A DNA stretch of 64,000 nucleotides from an uncultured Actinomycetota bacterium (GTDB taxonomy: Bacteria; Actinomycetota; Actinomycetes; JAFAQI01). This document shows positions 54,454 through 64,000 of this stretch, piece by piece. The notes beneath the pieces are model-generated. The model was not told the origin of the DNA, searched no databases, and saw nothing but the letters and a program-made list of their open reading frames with translations. Every line of letters starts with the position of its first letter. The first letter of the stretch is position 1. The stretch spans positions 288,001 through 352,000 of the forward strand of contig CAVYQE010000001.1 of the NCBI GenBank assembly GCA_963770565.1, written 5' to 3'. The translations under genes were made by a program, and so were the position numbers.

Positions 54454-57395
54454 AACCGCCAAGGACGCCAAGGACGCCAAGAAGCTATTCGATAATCTCA
54501 TTTCAAGTCTTGGCGTCCTTGGCGTCTTGGCGGTTCAATGCGACAATCCGCATGACACAGACGCAGAAACGTGTTTTTCGACAACTCCTTCGGACCTCAG
54601 GGAATGGAGTCGACTGAAATCGACCAAAGCTGGTTTTAGGAACACTAATCGGCGCTAATTAGCGCTAATCAGCGATGATTAGTTTTCCCAATCTGTCATG
54701 CCGCCGTTCTTTCTCGCTCTCGGTTTTTCCGTGACCTCGTGTAAAAACTTGGTTGCGGCGTGACGCCCGCGCTATGCAATCTGTGGATAAAAATATCTCT
54801 GATTTCTTGGCGTCCTTGGCGTCTTGGCGGTTCAATGCGACAATCCGCATGACACAGACGCAGAAACGTGTTTTTCGACAACTCCTTCGGACCTCAGGGA
54901 ATGGAGTCGACTGAAATCGACCAAAGCTGGTTTTAGGAACACTAATCGGCGCTAATCAGCGCTAATCAGCGATGATTAGTTTTCCCAATCTGTCATGCCG
55001 CCGTTCTTTCTCGCTCTCGGTTTTTCCGTGACCTCGTGTAAAAACTTGGTTGCGGCGTGACGCCCGCGCTATGCAATCTGTGGATAAAAATATCTCTGAT
55101 TTCTTGGCGTCCTTGGCGTCTTGGCGGTTCAATGCGACAATCCGCATGACACAGACGCAGAAACGTGTTTTTCGACAACTCCTTCGGACCTCAGGGAATG
55201 GAGTCAACTGAAATCGACCAAAGCTGGTTTTAGGAACACTAATCGGCGCTAATCCGCGCTAATCAGCGATGATTAGTTTTCCCGATCTGTCATGCCGCCG
55301 TTCTTTCTCGCTCTCGGTTTTTCCGTGACCTCGTGTAAAAACTTGGTAGCGGCGTGACGGCCGCGCTATGCAATCCGTGGATAAAAATATCTCTGATTTC
55401 TTGGCGTCCTTGGCGTCTTGGCGGTTCAATGCGACAATCCGCATGACACAGACGCAGAAACGTGTGTCTCGACAACTCCTTCGGACCTCAGGGACTGGAG
55501 TCGACTGAAATCGACCAAAGCTGGTTTTAGGAACACTAATCGGCGCTAATCAGCGCTAATCAGCGAAGATTAGTGTTCCCGATCTGTCATGCCGCCGTGC
55601 TTTCTCGCTCTCGGTGTTTCCCTGACTCGTGTAAAAACTTGGTAGCGGCGTGACGGCCGCGCTATGCAATCCGTGGATAAAAAGATCTCTGATTTCTTGG
55701 CGTCCTTGGCGTCTTGGCGGTTCAATGCGACAGTCTGCATGACACAGACGCAGAAACGTGTTTTTCGACAACTCCTTCGAATCTCAGAGAAATGGAGTCG
55801 ACCGAAATCGACCAAAGCTGGTTTTAGGAACACTAATCGGCGCGTAATCAGCGCTAATCAGCGATGATTAGTGTTCCTGATCTGTCATGCCACCGTGCTT
55901 TTTCGCTCTCGGTTGTTCCGTGACCTCGTGTAAACACTTGGTTGCGGCGTGACGGCCGCGTTATGCAATCTGTGGATGAAAACATTTCTGCCCTCTCGGC
56001 GTCCTTGGCGTCTTGGCGGTTCAATGCAGGGCGATTGCATCATGTTGCATACGATGTGGAAGTTTGCGGTATCGCCGACACGGCCCAGTTCATCTTGACG
56101 TAACCGACCAATTATGCCGCGGAGGCTGAAGCTGCTGCTCGCATACTCGATCTCGCCATTTCGAATCAATACCGAATGTTGGTTGCCCAATCCCCGCCAT
56201 CATTGCCAGTGTGGTGCAATCGCCCTGCGGTTCAATGCGACAGTCTGCATGACAAAGACGCAGAAACGTGATTTTCGACAACTCCTTCGGACCTCAGGGA
56301 ATGGAGTTAACTGAAATCGACCAAAGCTGGTTTTAGGAACACTAATCGGCGCTAATTAGCGCTAATCAGCGATGATTAGTTTTCCCAATCTGTCATGCCG
56401 CCGTTCTTTCTCGCTCTCGGTTTTTCCGTGACCTCGTGTAAAAACTTGGTTGCGGCGTGACGCCCGCGCTATGCAATCTGTGGATAAAAATATCTCTGAT
56501 TTCTTGGCGTCCTTGGCGTCTTGGCGGTTCAATGCGACAATCCGCATGACACAGACGCAGAAACGTGTTTTTCGACAACTCCTTCGGACCTCAGGGAATG
56601 GAGTCAACTGAAATCGACCAAAGCTGGTTTTAGGAACACTAATCGGCGCTAATTCGCGCTAATCAGCGATGATTAGTTTTCCCAATCTGTCATGCCGCCG
56701 TTCTTTCTCGCTCTCGGTTTTTCCGTGACCTCGTGTAAAAACTTGGTTGCGGCGTGACGCCCGCGCTATGCAATCTGTGGATAAAAATATCTCTGATTTC
56801 TTGGCGTCCTTGGCGTCTTGGCGGTTCAATGCGACAATCCGCATGACACAGACGCAGAAACGTGTGTCTCGACAACTCCTTCGGACCTCAGGGACTGGAG
56901 TCAACTGAAATCGACCAAAGCTGGTTTTAGGAACACTAATCGGCGCTAATCAGCGCTAATCAGCGAAGATTAGTGTTCCCGATCTGTCATGCCGCCGTGC
57001 TTTCTCGCTCTCGGTGTTTCCCTGACTCGTGTAAAAACGTGGTAGCGGCGTGACGGCCGCGCTATGCAATCCGTGGATAAAAAGATCTCTGATTTCTTGG
57101 CGTCCTTGGCGTCTTGGCGGTTCAATGCGACAATCCGCATGACACAGATGCAGAAACGTGATTTTCGACAACTCCTTCGAACCTCAGAGAAATGGAGTCG
57201 ACTGAAATCGACCAGAGCTGGTTTTAGGAACACTAATCGGCGCTAATCAGCGCTAATCAGCGATGATTAGTGTTCCCGATCTGTCATGCCGCCGTGCTTT
57301 TTCGCTCTCGATTGTTCCGTGACTCGTGTAAACACTTGGTTGCGGCCTGACGGCTTTCTGCTTTCTTGGCGTCCTTGGCGCCTTGGCGGTTCAAT
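54454..57395. repeat. Tandem array of about nine 297-bp units plus a terminal partial unit
   Basis: Unit starts (tcttggcgtccttggcgtcttggcggttcaatg) at about 54508, 54805, 55102, 55399, 55695, 55994, 56502, 56799, 57095 and 57364. Confidence 0.95.
56027..56227. mobile_element. 201-bp MITE with ISAs1-like ends
   Basis: 13-bp perfect TIR cagggcgattgca/tgcaatcgccctg; 10-bp direct repeat cggttcaatg at 56017-56026 and 56228-56237. Confidence 0.85.
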
Positions 57396-57408
57396 CGGAG
57401 ACTGACCG

Positions 57409-58218
57409 ATGAGCAATCTTGGAAAGGTCGCCCCCGGCGAGCCGATCACGGCCGAGTGGGCCAATGCGCTGGTCGAGGCCGTGGTCTCGCTGGGGCGGAT
57501 CGTCGGCGTCGCGCCGGTGCTAGTCCAATATAGCGACGTCGGAATTCAGATCAGCCTGCCCACGCTGCCGCGGTTCGATCTCGTCGAACTCAAAGACACG
57601 ATCGAGGCCCGCGACACCGACAAGCAAGCCGCGCGATTCTCCTTCGATCCCGCCGCCACCGACAAATGGATCGACGCCGCTCAAACGCTCGACCACACGG
57701 CCGACGCCCAGCAGGGACTCGCTCTCGCCGGCGAACGGCATCTGACGTTCTTTCATCCGGCGGCCGGCCAACGGATTCCGTTGCCGGGCGTGCAATACCA
57801 TTTCGGCAAGTTGAGCGCGGCGCTCGCGGCCGGCGGCTCGGCGGCCTGCGCGGTTTGGAAAGTCGCCGGCGGCAGCCCGGCCGATTCGACCTATAGTGTG
57901 ACCGTCTACGACTGGCTCTTGCCGCCCGGCGGGCAACTCGCGTCCGGAACGCCCGTCATGCTGCTCTTTCACTTGCAGTCGAAACGATTCTATGTCGCCG
58001 CTTCGAATTCCATCGGCCTGGTGATCGGAAAATCGTCCGGCCCGATCGACAAAGGGGCCAGCGGCACGGTCGCTGTTTATAACGGCGCGGCCGGCAGCGA
58101 AACGGACTCGGGAAGCACGATCGCAGCCTACAACCCCTTCGCCGACGTGGCCGACGGCAAGTGGGTCGCGGCCGGAGAGATCAACGGGCAATGGTATCTG
58201 CTGGCCGCAGAGTGTTAA
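57409..58218 (+). CDS. Hypothetical tail/fibre-like protein
   Basis: KVAPGEPITAEWANAL N-terminus; internally repeated beta modules; ends WYLLAAEC. Confidence 0.55.
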   Translation: MSNLGKVAPGEPITAEWANALVEAVVSLGRIVGVAPVLVQYSDVGIQISLPTLPRFDLVELKDTIEARDTDKQAARFSFDPAATDKWIDAAQTLDHTADAQQGLALAGERHLTFFHPAAGQRIPLPGVQYHFGKLSAALAAGGSAACAVWKVAGGSPADSTYSVTVYDWLLPPGGQLASGTPVMLLFHLQSKRFYVAASNSIGLVIGKSSGPIDKGASGTVAVYNGAAGSETDSGSTIAAYNPFADVADGKWVAAGEINGQWYLLAAEC

Positions 58219-58369
58219 GCGGCGGGAAGAAGAAAACGCGACAGAGTATGAGGATGACGATCTCGCGATCCTAATCCTTCTCGTACTCCTGCTCGCAGTC
58301 CAATTCCCAATCTTAATCCTTATCCTACTCCTGCTCCGCTCCCCGTTCACCCTTCAGCCTTTCCCAACC

Positions 58370-59007
58370 ATGGGCTTTAAACTCTTCGGCTGCGGATGCT
58401 GCGGCGGCCGGGATTGCTCCCCCTGTTGCTCGGCGAGCCCGGCGACGGCGACGATCGATTGGCCCGGCGGTTTGACCGCCTTGGCCGATTGCGACGGCTG
58501 CGACAAGATTCCCGTCGGCGATTATGTCGTCGCGGCCGAGACCGATTACGCGCCGTTCGGCGAAGCCTGTTATTGGATCATCGAGCTGGGCGCGGCGACG
58601 TTTATCCCGATTGCGACGCGGGGTTGATCTTCGGGACCGATCCCGCCGCGCCGGGCCCGGAGGCGACCTTTCTGGCCGCTCTGGTGTACGATCTCGTCAG
58701 CGGCCAGTGCTATCTGGCCGTGACCGTGTCGGTCGCGATCACGAGCGCCGCGAGTGGAGGCGGAAACACGGTCAACTTCCTGGCCGGAGCGCTGTATGTG
58801 AGCGAGCCATCCGACGAGGCCGATCGTTTTTGCAGCGGTACGTTCACATTGAACCTCGTCTCAGCCGATCCGGGCTACCACGATGCGGCGGGCAATTTGC
58901 TCTGGACCGAGCCGAATTTCGGCGACCCATTCACGACGACCGATTTCACGCCGTACAGCGGCGGCTGCGCCGGCTCGCTGCCGAGTTCGTTGACCGTGAC
59001 ATTTTGA
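58370..59007 (+). CDS. Cys-rich N-terminal hypothetical protein, one indel
   Basis: GCGCCGG..C..CC start; continues in the next frame to SLPSSLTVTF. Confidence 0.45.
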
Positions 59008-59080
59008 GGTTTAAGGCCGCGGACCGCGCGGATTGAAGAAGAGAATCCACGAGAATCCGCGAATATCCGCGGCAAAAACA

Positions 59081-59498
59081 ATGCCCGAATGCGTTTTCGA
59101 ATTGATCGGCGAGCAAGGCGCGGCGTTCCTGCATCGCTGCCGCCATTGCGGCCGGCCACACACGTCGCGGCGTCGCCGATCCGAGCGCGATCCATCGCGC
59201 GTGCCGCGTCTCTTCGCCCTCCGCTCTTCGCTCTTTGCTCCTCCCTTCGCTTGCCCGCCGCGCCCTGAATTTCGCCCGCAGCTTGCCGCCGCATCTCTTG
59301 GCCGGGGCGCCGCTGGCAACTCAAGAGCAAATCGACGCTCGGCTGGCGATCTGTCGAAGCTGCCCGCACTTCACCGGCACGCGTTGCGGGCACTGCGGCT
59401 GCCAATGCCACGGCCGCCGCGTGTTTCTCAATGCCCTGGCCTGGGCCGACAAGGCTTGCCCGATCGGACGCTGGGGGCGGCTCGATCGGCCCGGTTGA
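59081..59498 (+). CDS. Small Cys-rich (zinc-binding) protein, fragmented
   Basis: RLAICRSCPHF...CGHCGC...ACPIGRW. Confidence 0.55.
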
Positions 59499-59522
59499 CA
59501 AGGACATAAACGTATGTATACT
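59495..59522 (+). promoter_or_regulatory. Sigma70-like promoter
   Basis: TTGACA (59495-59500), 16 nt, TATACT (59517-59522). Confidence 0.65.
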
Positions 59523-59580
59523 ATTCGGCGGCAGGAAAAACTGTCGAATTCGCGAATTGGCCGAATCGGGAGCGACCACC

Positions 59581-59913
59581 ATGACAACCGCGCGGGCGAA
59601 GACCTGGCCTCTGTTTCGCGTTTGGATCACGCGGTTCGAGCGTTGGCAGCCGCGGGCGTGGGACGAACTCCCGCCGCGGGCGACCGCCGTCGAGCCGGCG
59701 GAGCCGATGGCCCTGTCGGCCCGCGAGGCGATCCGCTTTCTCGAAGGCTTCAACCGCACGATGCTCGCCCGGCTGCTGCCGATCTGGGCCGTGGCCGTGC
59801 CCGTGACGATTCATTATGAAGGCGATTTGCGGGAGGGCGCGATCATCACGCGGCGGGTGAAATTGCTCGATTGCCGGCGGCCGGTGGCCGAGGAGCCGGC
59901 GGCGGTCGGTTAG
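59581..59913 (+). CDS. Hypothetical protein
   Basis: ggag RBS; FLEGFNRTML..WAVAVPVTIHYEGD. Confidence 0.55.
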   Translation: MTTARAKTWPLFRVWITRFERWQPRAWDELPPRATAVEPAEPMALSAREAIRFLEGFNRTMLARLLPIWAVAVPVTIHYEGDLREGAIITRRVKLLDCRRPVAEEPAAVG

Positions 59914-60088
59914 GAGCCTGTCCGTGAAACGGCCGCGGCGAGGGGATGCTCGCCGCGAAAGGGGTCGGGAGTCGATTTCGCCGACTGAACGATTCGTAGT
60001 GCGAACCGACATCATGGCGAAATCGACTCCCGACCCCCTTTTGGCAACGCCCGCCGGACGATAAGCCGGTTCTTGGACAGCCTCCTAG
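59911..60088. mobile_element. MITE family copy (as 25043-25219)
   Basis: taggagcctgtccg ... cttggacagcctcctag termini and the same internal IR. Confidence 0.75.
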
Positions 60089-60104
60089 TGAGTGGCGAGG
60101 GGTT

Positions 60105-60292
60105 GTACTCGTCACGCTCCGCCGTGACGAATATTGTAGTCGTCACGCTCCGCCGTGACGAAAGGGGTGACGAAAGGTCATCACGACGGAGCGTGATGAC
60201 TACGTCATCACGACGGAGCGTGATGAGTACAGCGCTATCACGACGGAGCGTGATGAGTACAGTGCCCATCACGACGGAGCGTGATGAGTACA
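60105..60292. repeat. cacgacggagcgtgatga palindrome cluster
   Basis: Same units as 49583-49925. Confidence 0.8.
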
Positions 60293-60478
60293 GAGATACC
60301 TTCCAGACAGTCAACTTTCGGTTCCCCCTCCGCACCGCGCTTTCCGCCGCGCGACTATCCGCGCCAAGGCTTGCAAGCAGCTTGGCTCCCCGCAGCGGCG
60401 TGGGACGATAAGGGGACTGTCTGGAATGGCACTGCGACCATCGGGATCGACTTGGCGTGGTAGATTGCAGGGCGCCTG

Positions 60479-60823
60479 CTATTCGCTTAGCGTTAGGTTG
60501 AAATAAGGCATCGACTCGAGGTGTCGATCGTCCCTGCGGTCCCACTCGAAGGCGCGCACATAGTCTGCCGCAGCGGCGTTTGTGCGCTCAACGAATTGCT
60601 CCCAGTCCTCCCCGTCATGTTGCCGTGTTTCGAATGTATAGATAAACGGTGTCGGTATTCTCGGGCCCGGAGTTGACGGAAGCCAGATTTCCCCGCCCAG
60701 TACGGCTATGTGCGACGCAGACGCCAGATCAATCACTTTCAACGCTTCGTGTCGCGGCCATCCCGGCTCGCCGTCGAACGAGAAAAACGCAGTTGACAGC
60801 AAGTCATCGGGAATCTGCAGCAT
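60479..60823 (-). CDS. Hypothetical protein, Imm40-like immunity protein
   Basis: GEPGWPRHEALKVI...AVLGGEIW...AADYV..F pattern; lower GC. Confidence 0.45.
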   Translation of the reverse strand: MLQIPDDLLSTAFFSFDGEPGWPRHEALKVIDLASASHIAVLGGEIWLPSTPGPRIPTPFIYTFETRQHDGEDWEQFVERTNAAAADYVRAFEWDRRDDRHLESMPYFNLTLSE

Positions 60824-61074
60824 CGTTACACCGTTCGCTCTCGGGCGGATAGATCGGTGATCCTGATAACAACCGAGTCTCGAGAATCCAAGTTTCATCC
60901 AGGAGCAGCAAATGTCTGGCGCGTATGAAACGAAGAATTCATTCCAGGCTCTCACCTATTTGAGCGTAGCATCGGCAATTAGGCAAGTTGCTGTTACTCG
61001 TTGGTTCCCTCTTTCGTCCGCCAATCTCCAGCGGCCGACAGGATTGACGACCGTGCGTCGCCGCCAGCCTTTTC

Positions 61075-61430
61075 ATGTAGCCCCAGCACTTATGCCGGGG
61101 GATTCGGCTTCAGCGGGCCTCAATTTGGCGGCTTCAGCCATGGTCCGTTTGTCGAGGAGAATCGAGCACCTCCGGTGGCGCCGATGGCTAAAGCCGGCCC
61201 GATGGGTAAGTCCCCTGAAGGGGACTGGAATCGCCGGGGGCAGGGCGCGGTCCCAGGCATAAATGCCTGGGCAACGTATAAGGCGCGGCCCGAGTTTACG
61301 CGAGACCAACGGCTCGGGCACGACTCGCGTTGATTCCGAAGCACCTGCCGCAATCGCCCGCGCGGAACAAAAGATCAACGAAACCGCCCCTCCCCGCGCC
61401 GCAACGAATCGAGCATTTTCCACAGCCTAG
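61075..61430. repeat. Composite dispersed repeat, inverted relative to parts of 4502-5235
   Basis: Reverse-complement matches to 5070-5235 and 4502-4575. Confidence 0.7.
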
Positions 61431-61619
61431 AGCAGGGGTCGGAGAGCAGGGAGCCGGTTCCTGATTCTTCTCGTACTCGTAGTCCCACTCCTAATCTTAA
61501 TCGTACTCCTCATCCTTCTCGACGCGACCGACTGCGGTGGCCATCGCAAGACCGCCGTTGGAGTTCACGCTTCAGCGTGTAGGCGGCACGCTAAAGCGTG
61601 AACTCCAGCGAACTCGTCG

Positions 61620-64000
61620 CTATTCATAGCGCAGGGCTTCGATCGGATCGAGGCGCGAGGCTTTCCAGGCCGGGTAGAAGCCGAACACCAGGCCCACCGT
61701 CAGCGAGACGGCCACCGCCGCGATCACCGCCGGCAGCGAGAATTGGGTGGGCAAATGCCCGACCCGTCGCGCGACGACCGAAATGATCCGCGCGATGGTG
61801 ATCCCGATCGCCCCGCCGAGCAAGCAGATAATGACCGCCTCGGTGATGAACTGGCGGAGGATGTCCTTGGGCCGGGCGCCGACGGCCATCCGCAGCCCGA
61901 TTTCGCGGGTCCGTTCGGTCACCGAGACGAGCATGATGTTCATGATCCCCACGCCGCCGACCAACAGCGAAATGCCGGCCACCACCAACAGGAAGATCGT
62001 CATCGTGCCGACGACCTTGAACAGGGCATGGCTGATTTCGGTCATGTCGCGGATGCTGAAATCGTTGGGATTGCCCGGCTTGATGCGGTGCCGCTCGTGC
62101 AACAGATCGGTGATCTGCGCGATGGCGGCGGGCACCTCCTCGGCCGAGCGGCCTTGGACGAGGATTTGGTCGACCGAAGTGAAGCGGATCGGCTGCGGCC
62201 GATCGGCGGCCTCGGTCGCCGAAAGGGCCGGATAGAGCGAGGTCACGACGCTCGGATAAAGCTGGTTGAGCGTGTTGACCGCGGTGCTCGTGCTGCCGTT
62301 GGCCGCGCTGGCCGAGGAACTCTGATTCACGTTGCCCAGCGACGAGCCGCTCACGCGATACTTGATCGTGGTCCAGGGAGCGAGCACGAAATCGTCTTGA
62401 TCCATGCCGAAAGTGTTTGCCCCTTTGACGCTCAGCAGGCCGACCACGCGGAACGTGACGTTCTGCATCCGCACGTCCTTGCCGATGGGCGATTCGTCGC
62501 CGAAGAGATTCTTCGCCACTGTTTGGCCGAGCACGCAGACGGCCGCGCTGTTGCGGACGTCGCGATTGGTGAATACCGCCCCGGCCGCCAGATTCTCCCA
62601 ATCGCGGATCTTGAGAAAATCGGGCGTGCTGCCGTAGATGCTCATCGGCACCCAATTGCGGCTGCCGTGGACGATCTGGCAGCGGGCCCGCACCACCGGC
62701 GCGACGGCCGTGACGGCCGGGCATTCGCGGGCAATCGCTTCGGCGTCTTGGGGCGTGAGCGTCATCACGCTGCCGCTGCCGAAGCTCACTCCGCCGCTGG
62801 AGGCCGTTCCCGGCATCACCTGCAACAGATTGGCCCCCATGCTGGCCATCGTCTTCTTCATGGCGGCCGACGAGCCTTGGCCGATCTCGATCACCGAGAT
62901 CACCGCGGCAATCCCGATGATGATCCCCAGGGCGGTCAGGATCGAGCGAAAGATATTCCGCTTGAGGGCGATCAGCGCCGTGCTGATGGTTCGCGGCATC
63001 AAGCGCACCGCCGGCATCCGCAGCGGGACGGCCCTGGCGCGGCGGGCGGCGATCGATTCGATGACCGGCTCCGCCACCGCCGGCGCGGTTGCCGATGCCG
63101 CCGCCGGCTCGGCTACCGCGACGGCCGCCGTGGCCGCGTGGATCGGCGCGACGCCGGCCTGCGTGTCGTCGCCGCCGCCGCCTGCCGTCGCCACCGCAAC
63201 CGCCTCGGGTGCCCGTGCCTCGATCCGGCCGTTCCCCGACGCGAAACCGTTCCCGCCCGACCCATTTCCGTTCGACCCATTTCCGCCCAACCCATTTCCG
63301 CCCGCCCCGTTTCCGTTCGACCCGTTTCCGCTTGGACCATGACTGCCCGCGGCGCGGTCGTGATCGACCGACCCATTGCCGTGGTGCGAATTGGCTGATC
63401 CGTTTGCCCCGCCGGGACCGGCGGGCGCGACATCGAGCGAACTCTCCATCCCGGCGGGGTCGCCGATCAGGCCGTCTTTGATGAAGATGATGCGATCGGC
63501 ATGACGGGCGACGTTCATATCGTGCGTCACCAAGATCACGGTGATGCCTTGCTCGCGATTGAGCCGCCGAAACATTTCGAGGATTTCGACGCTTGTTTTG
63601 GAATCCAGATTTCCGGTTGGCTCGTCGGCCAGCAGGATCGGCGGATGATTGACCAACGACCGCGAGATGGCGACGCGCTGCTGCTGGCCGCCGGAAAGCT
63701 GCGACGGCTCGTGGTAGACGCGATCGCCGAGGCCCACCTCGGTGAGCAGCGCGGTAGCCCGCTCGAGTTCGTGGCGATTCGACCAGGGCTTCAAGGCATA
63801 GCTCAGCGGCATCCGCACGTTGTCGATGGCGGTGGTGCGGGCGAGCAGATTGAAGCTTTGAAAGACGAACCCGATATTGCGGTTGCGAACTCTGGCCCGT
63901 TTGTCGGCGGAGAGTTGCGACACCTCCTCGCCATTGAGCCAGAATTGCCCCGAGGTCGGGCGATCGAGCAGCCCGAGGATGTTCATCAGCGTCGATTTGC
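61620..64000 (-). CDS. MacB-like ABC transporter, fused ATPase + permease (5' end outside the window)
   Basis: KSTLMNILGLLD, LSGGQQQRV, LLADEPTGNLD, GGVGIMNIMLVSVTERTREIG and LDPIEALRYE; Gly/Asn-rich linker. Confidence 0.93.
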   Translation of the reverse strand, partial: KSTLMNILGLLDRPTSGQFWLNGEEVSQLSADKRARVRNRNIGFVFQSFNLLARTTAIDNVRMPLSYALKPWSNRHELERATALLTEVGLGDRVYHEPSQLSGGQQQRVAISRSLVNHPPILLADEPTGNLDSKTSVEILEMFRRLNREQGITVILVTHDMNVARHADRIIFIKDGLIGDPAGMESSLDVAPAGPGGANGSANSHHGNGSVDHDRAAGSHGPSGNGSNGNGAGGNGLGGNGSNGNGSGGNGFASGNGRIEARAPEAVAVATAGGGGDDTQAGVAPIHAATAAVAVAEPAAASATAPAVAEPVIESIAARRARAVPLRMPAVRLMPRTISTALIALKRNIFRSILTALGIIIGIAAVISVIEIGQGSSAAMKKTMASMGANLLQVMPGTASSGGVSFGSGSVMTLTPQDAEAIARECPAVTAVAPVVRARCQIVHGSRNWVPMSIYGSTPDFLKIRDWENLAAGAVFTNRDVRNSAAVCVLGQTVAKNLFGDESPIGKDVRMQNVTFRVVGLLSVKGANTFGMDQDDFVLAPWTTIKYRVSGSSLGNVNQSSSASAANGSTSTAVNTLNQLYPSVVTSLYPALSATEAADRPQPIRFTSVDQILVQGRSAEEVPAAIAQITDLLHERHRIKPGNPNDFSIRDMTEISHALFKVVGTMTIFLLVVAGISLLVGGVGIMNIMLVSVTERTREIGLRMAVGARPKDILRQFITEAVIICLLGGAIGITIARIISVVARRVGHLPTQFSLPAVIAAVAVSLTVGLVFGFYPAWKASRLDPIEALRYE

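Noticed and set aside
54454-57395. CRISPR array with a cttggcgtccttggcgtcttggcggttc repeat
   Set aside because: The intervening ~265 bp are near-identical rather than unique spacers, and there are no cas genes in the window.
54665-57464. Repeated 61-101-aa ORFs in the array as real genes
   Set aside because: They are by-products of the repeat in several overlapping frames, have atypical composition and are disrupted differently between units.
53565-59913. Diversity-generating retroelement or retron acting on tail genes
   Set aside because: No reverse transcriptase motif and no template/variable repeat pair with adenine-specific mismatches were seen.
34000-61620. Intact temperate prophage with att sites (including the hairpins at 34420 and 61557)
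   Set aside because: No integrase, replication or immunity genes and no tRNA were seen; those hairpins are a dispersed palindromic repeat family.
63240-63335. 15-bp tandem repeat in the MacB-like gene as a separate element
   Set aside because: It encodes a Gly/Asn low-complexity linker within an intact CDS.
8577-63398. Long antisense ORFs (e.g. 8577-9692, 28375-30042, 43749-45137, 61743-63398)
   Set aside because: Shadow ORFs of genuine high-GC genes on the opposite strand.

Overview
High-GC bacterial chromosome segment, most likely a planctomycete (Pirellulales-like), judged from the DUF1549/DUF1553 + DUF1501 gene pair and the dispersed-repeat style. Many genes, including hisF, mfd and sat, are split by single-base indels, which points to long-read consensus errors. 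Positions 1-34 kb are mainly ordinary genes (GNAT, DUF1549/DUF1501, Zn peptidase, hisF, PilT- and GspE-like ATPases, GH2, Hsp70-like, sat, EAL, methyltransferase, PPIase, mfd, EEP nuclease) plus two small accessory islets. Positions ~34.0-59.9 kb hold a co-directional phage-structural cluster: peptidase, two CxxCH proteins, ParB-like, ABC-ATPase-GNAT, TerS/TerL, portal, prohead protease, capsid, head-tail and tail genes. It has no visible integrase, replication genes, repressor or tape measure and is riddled with host repeats, so it looks like a domesticated, gene-transfer-agent-like locus. The most notable signal is regulatory. Both halves of the cluster start with a sigma70-like promoter followed by the same twin GGYATC-N4/5-GAGCC motif fused to an intrinsic terminator, and the second promoter drives a leaderless 60-aa DUF2292/YezD-like ORF just before that motif. 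This suggests a small-protein/RNA antitermination switch. A ~2.9-kb array of 297-bp units carrying an ISAs1-type MITE interrupts the tail module. All family assignments are from motif recognition by eye; no searches were run.
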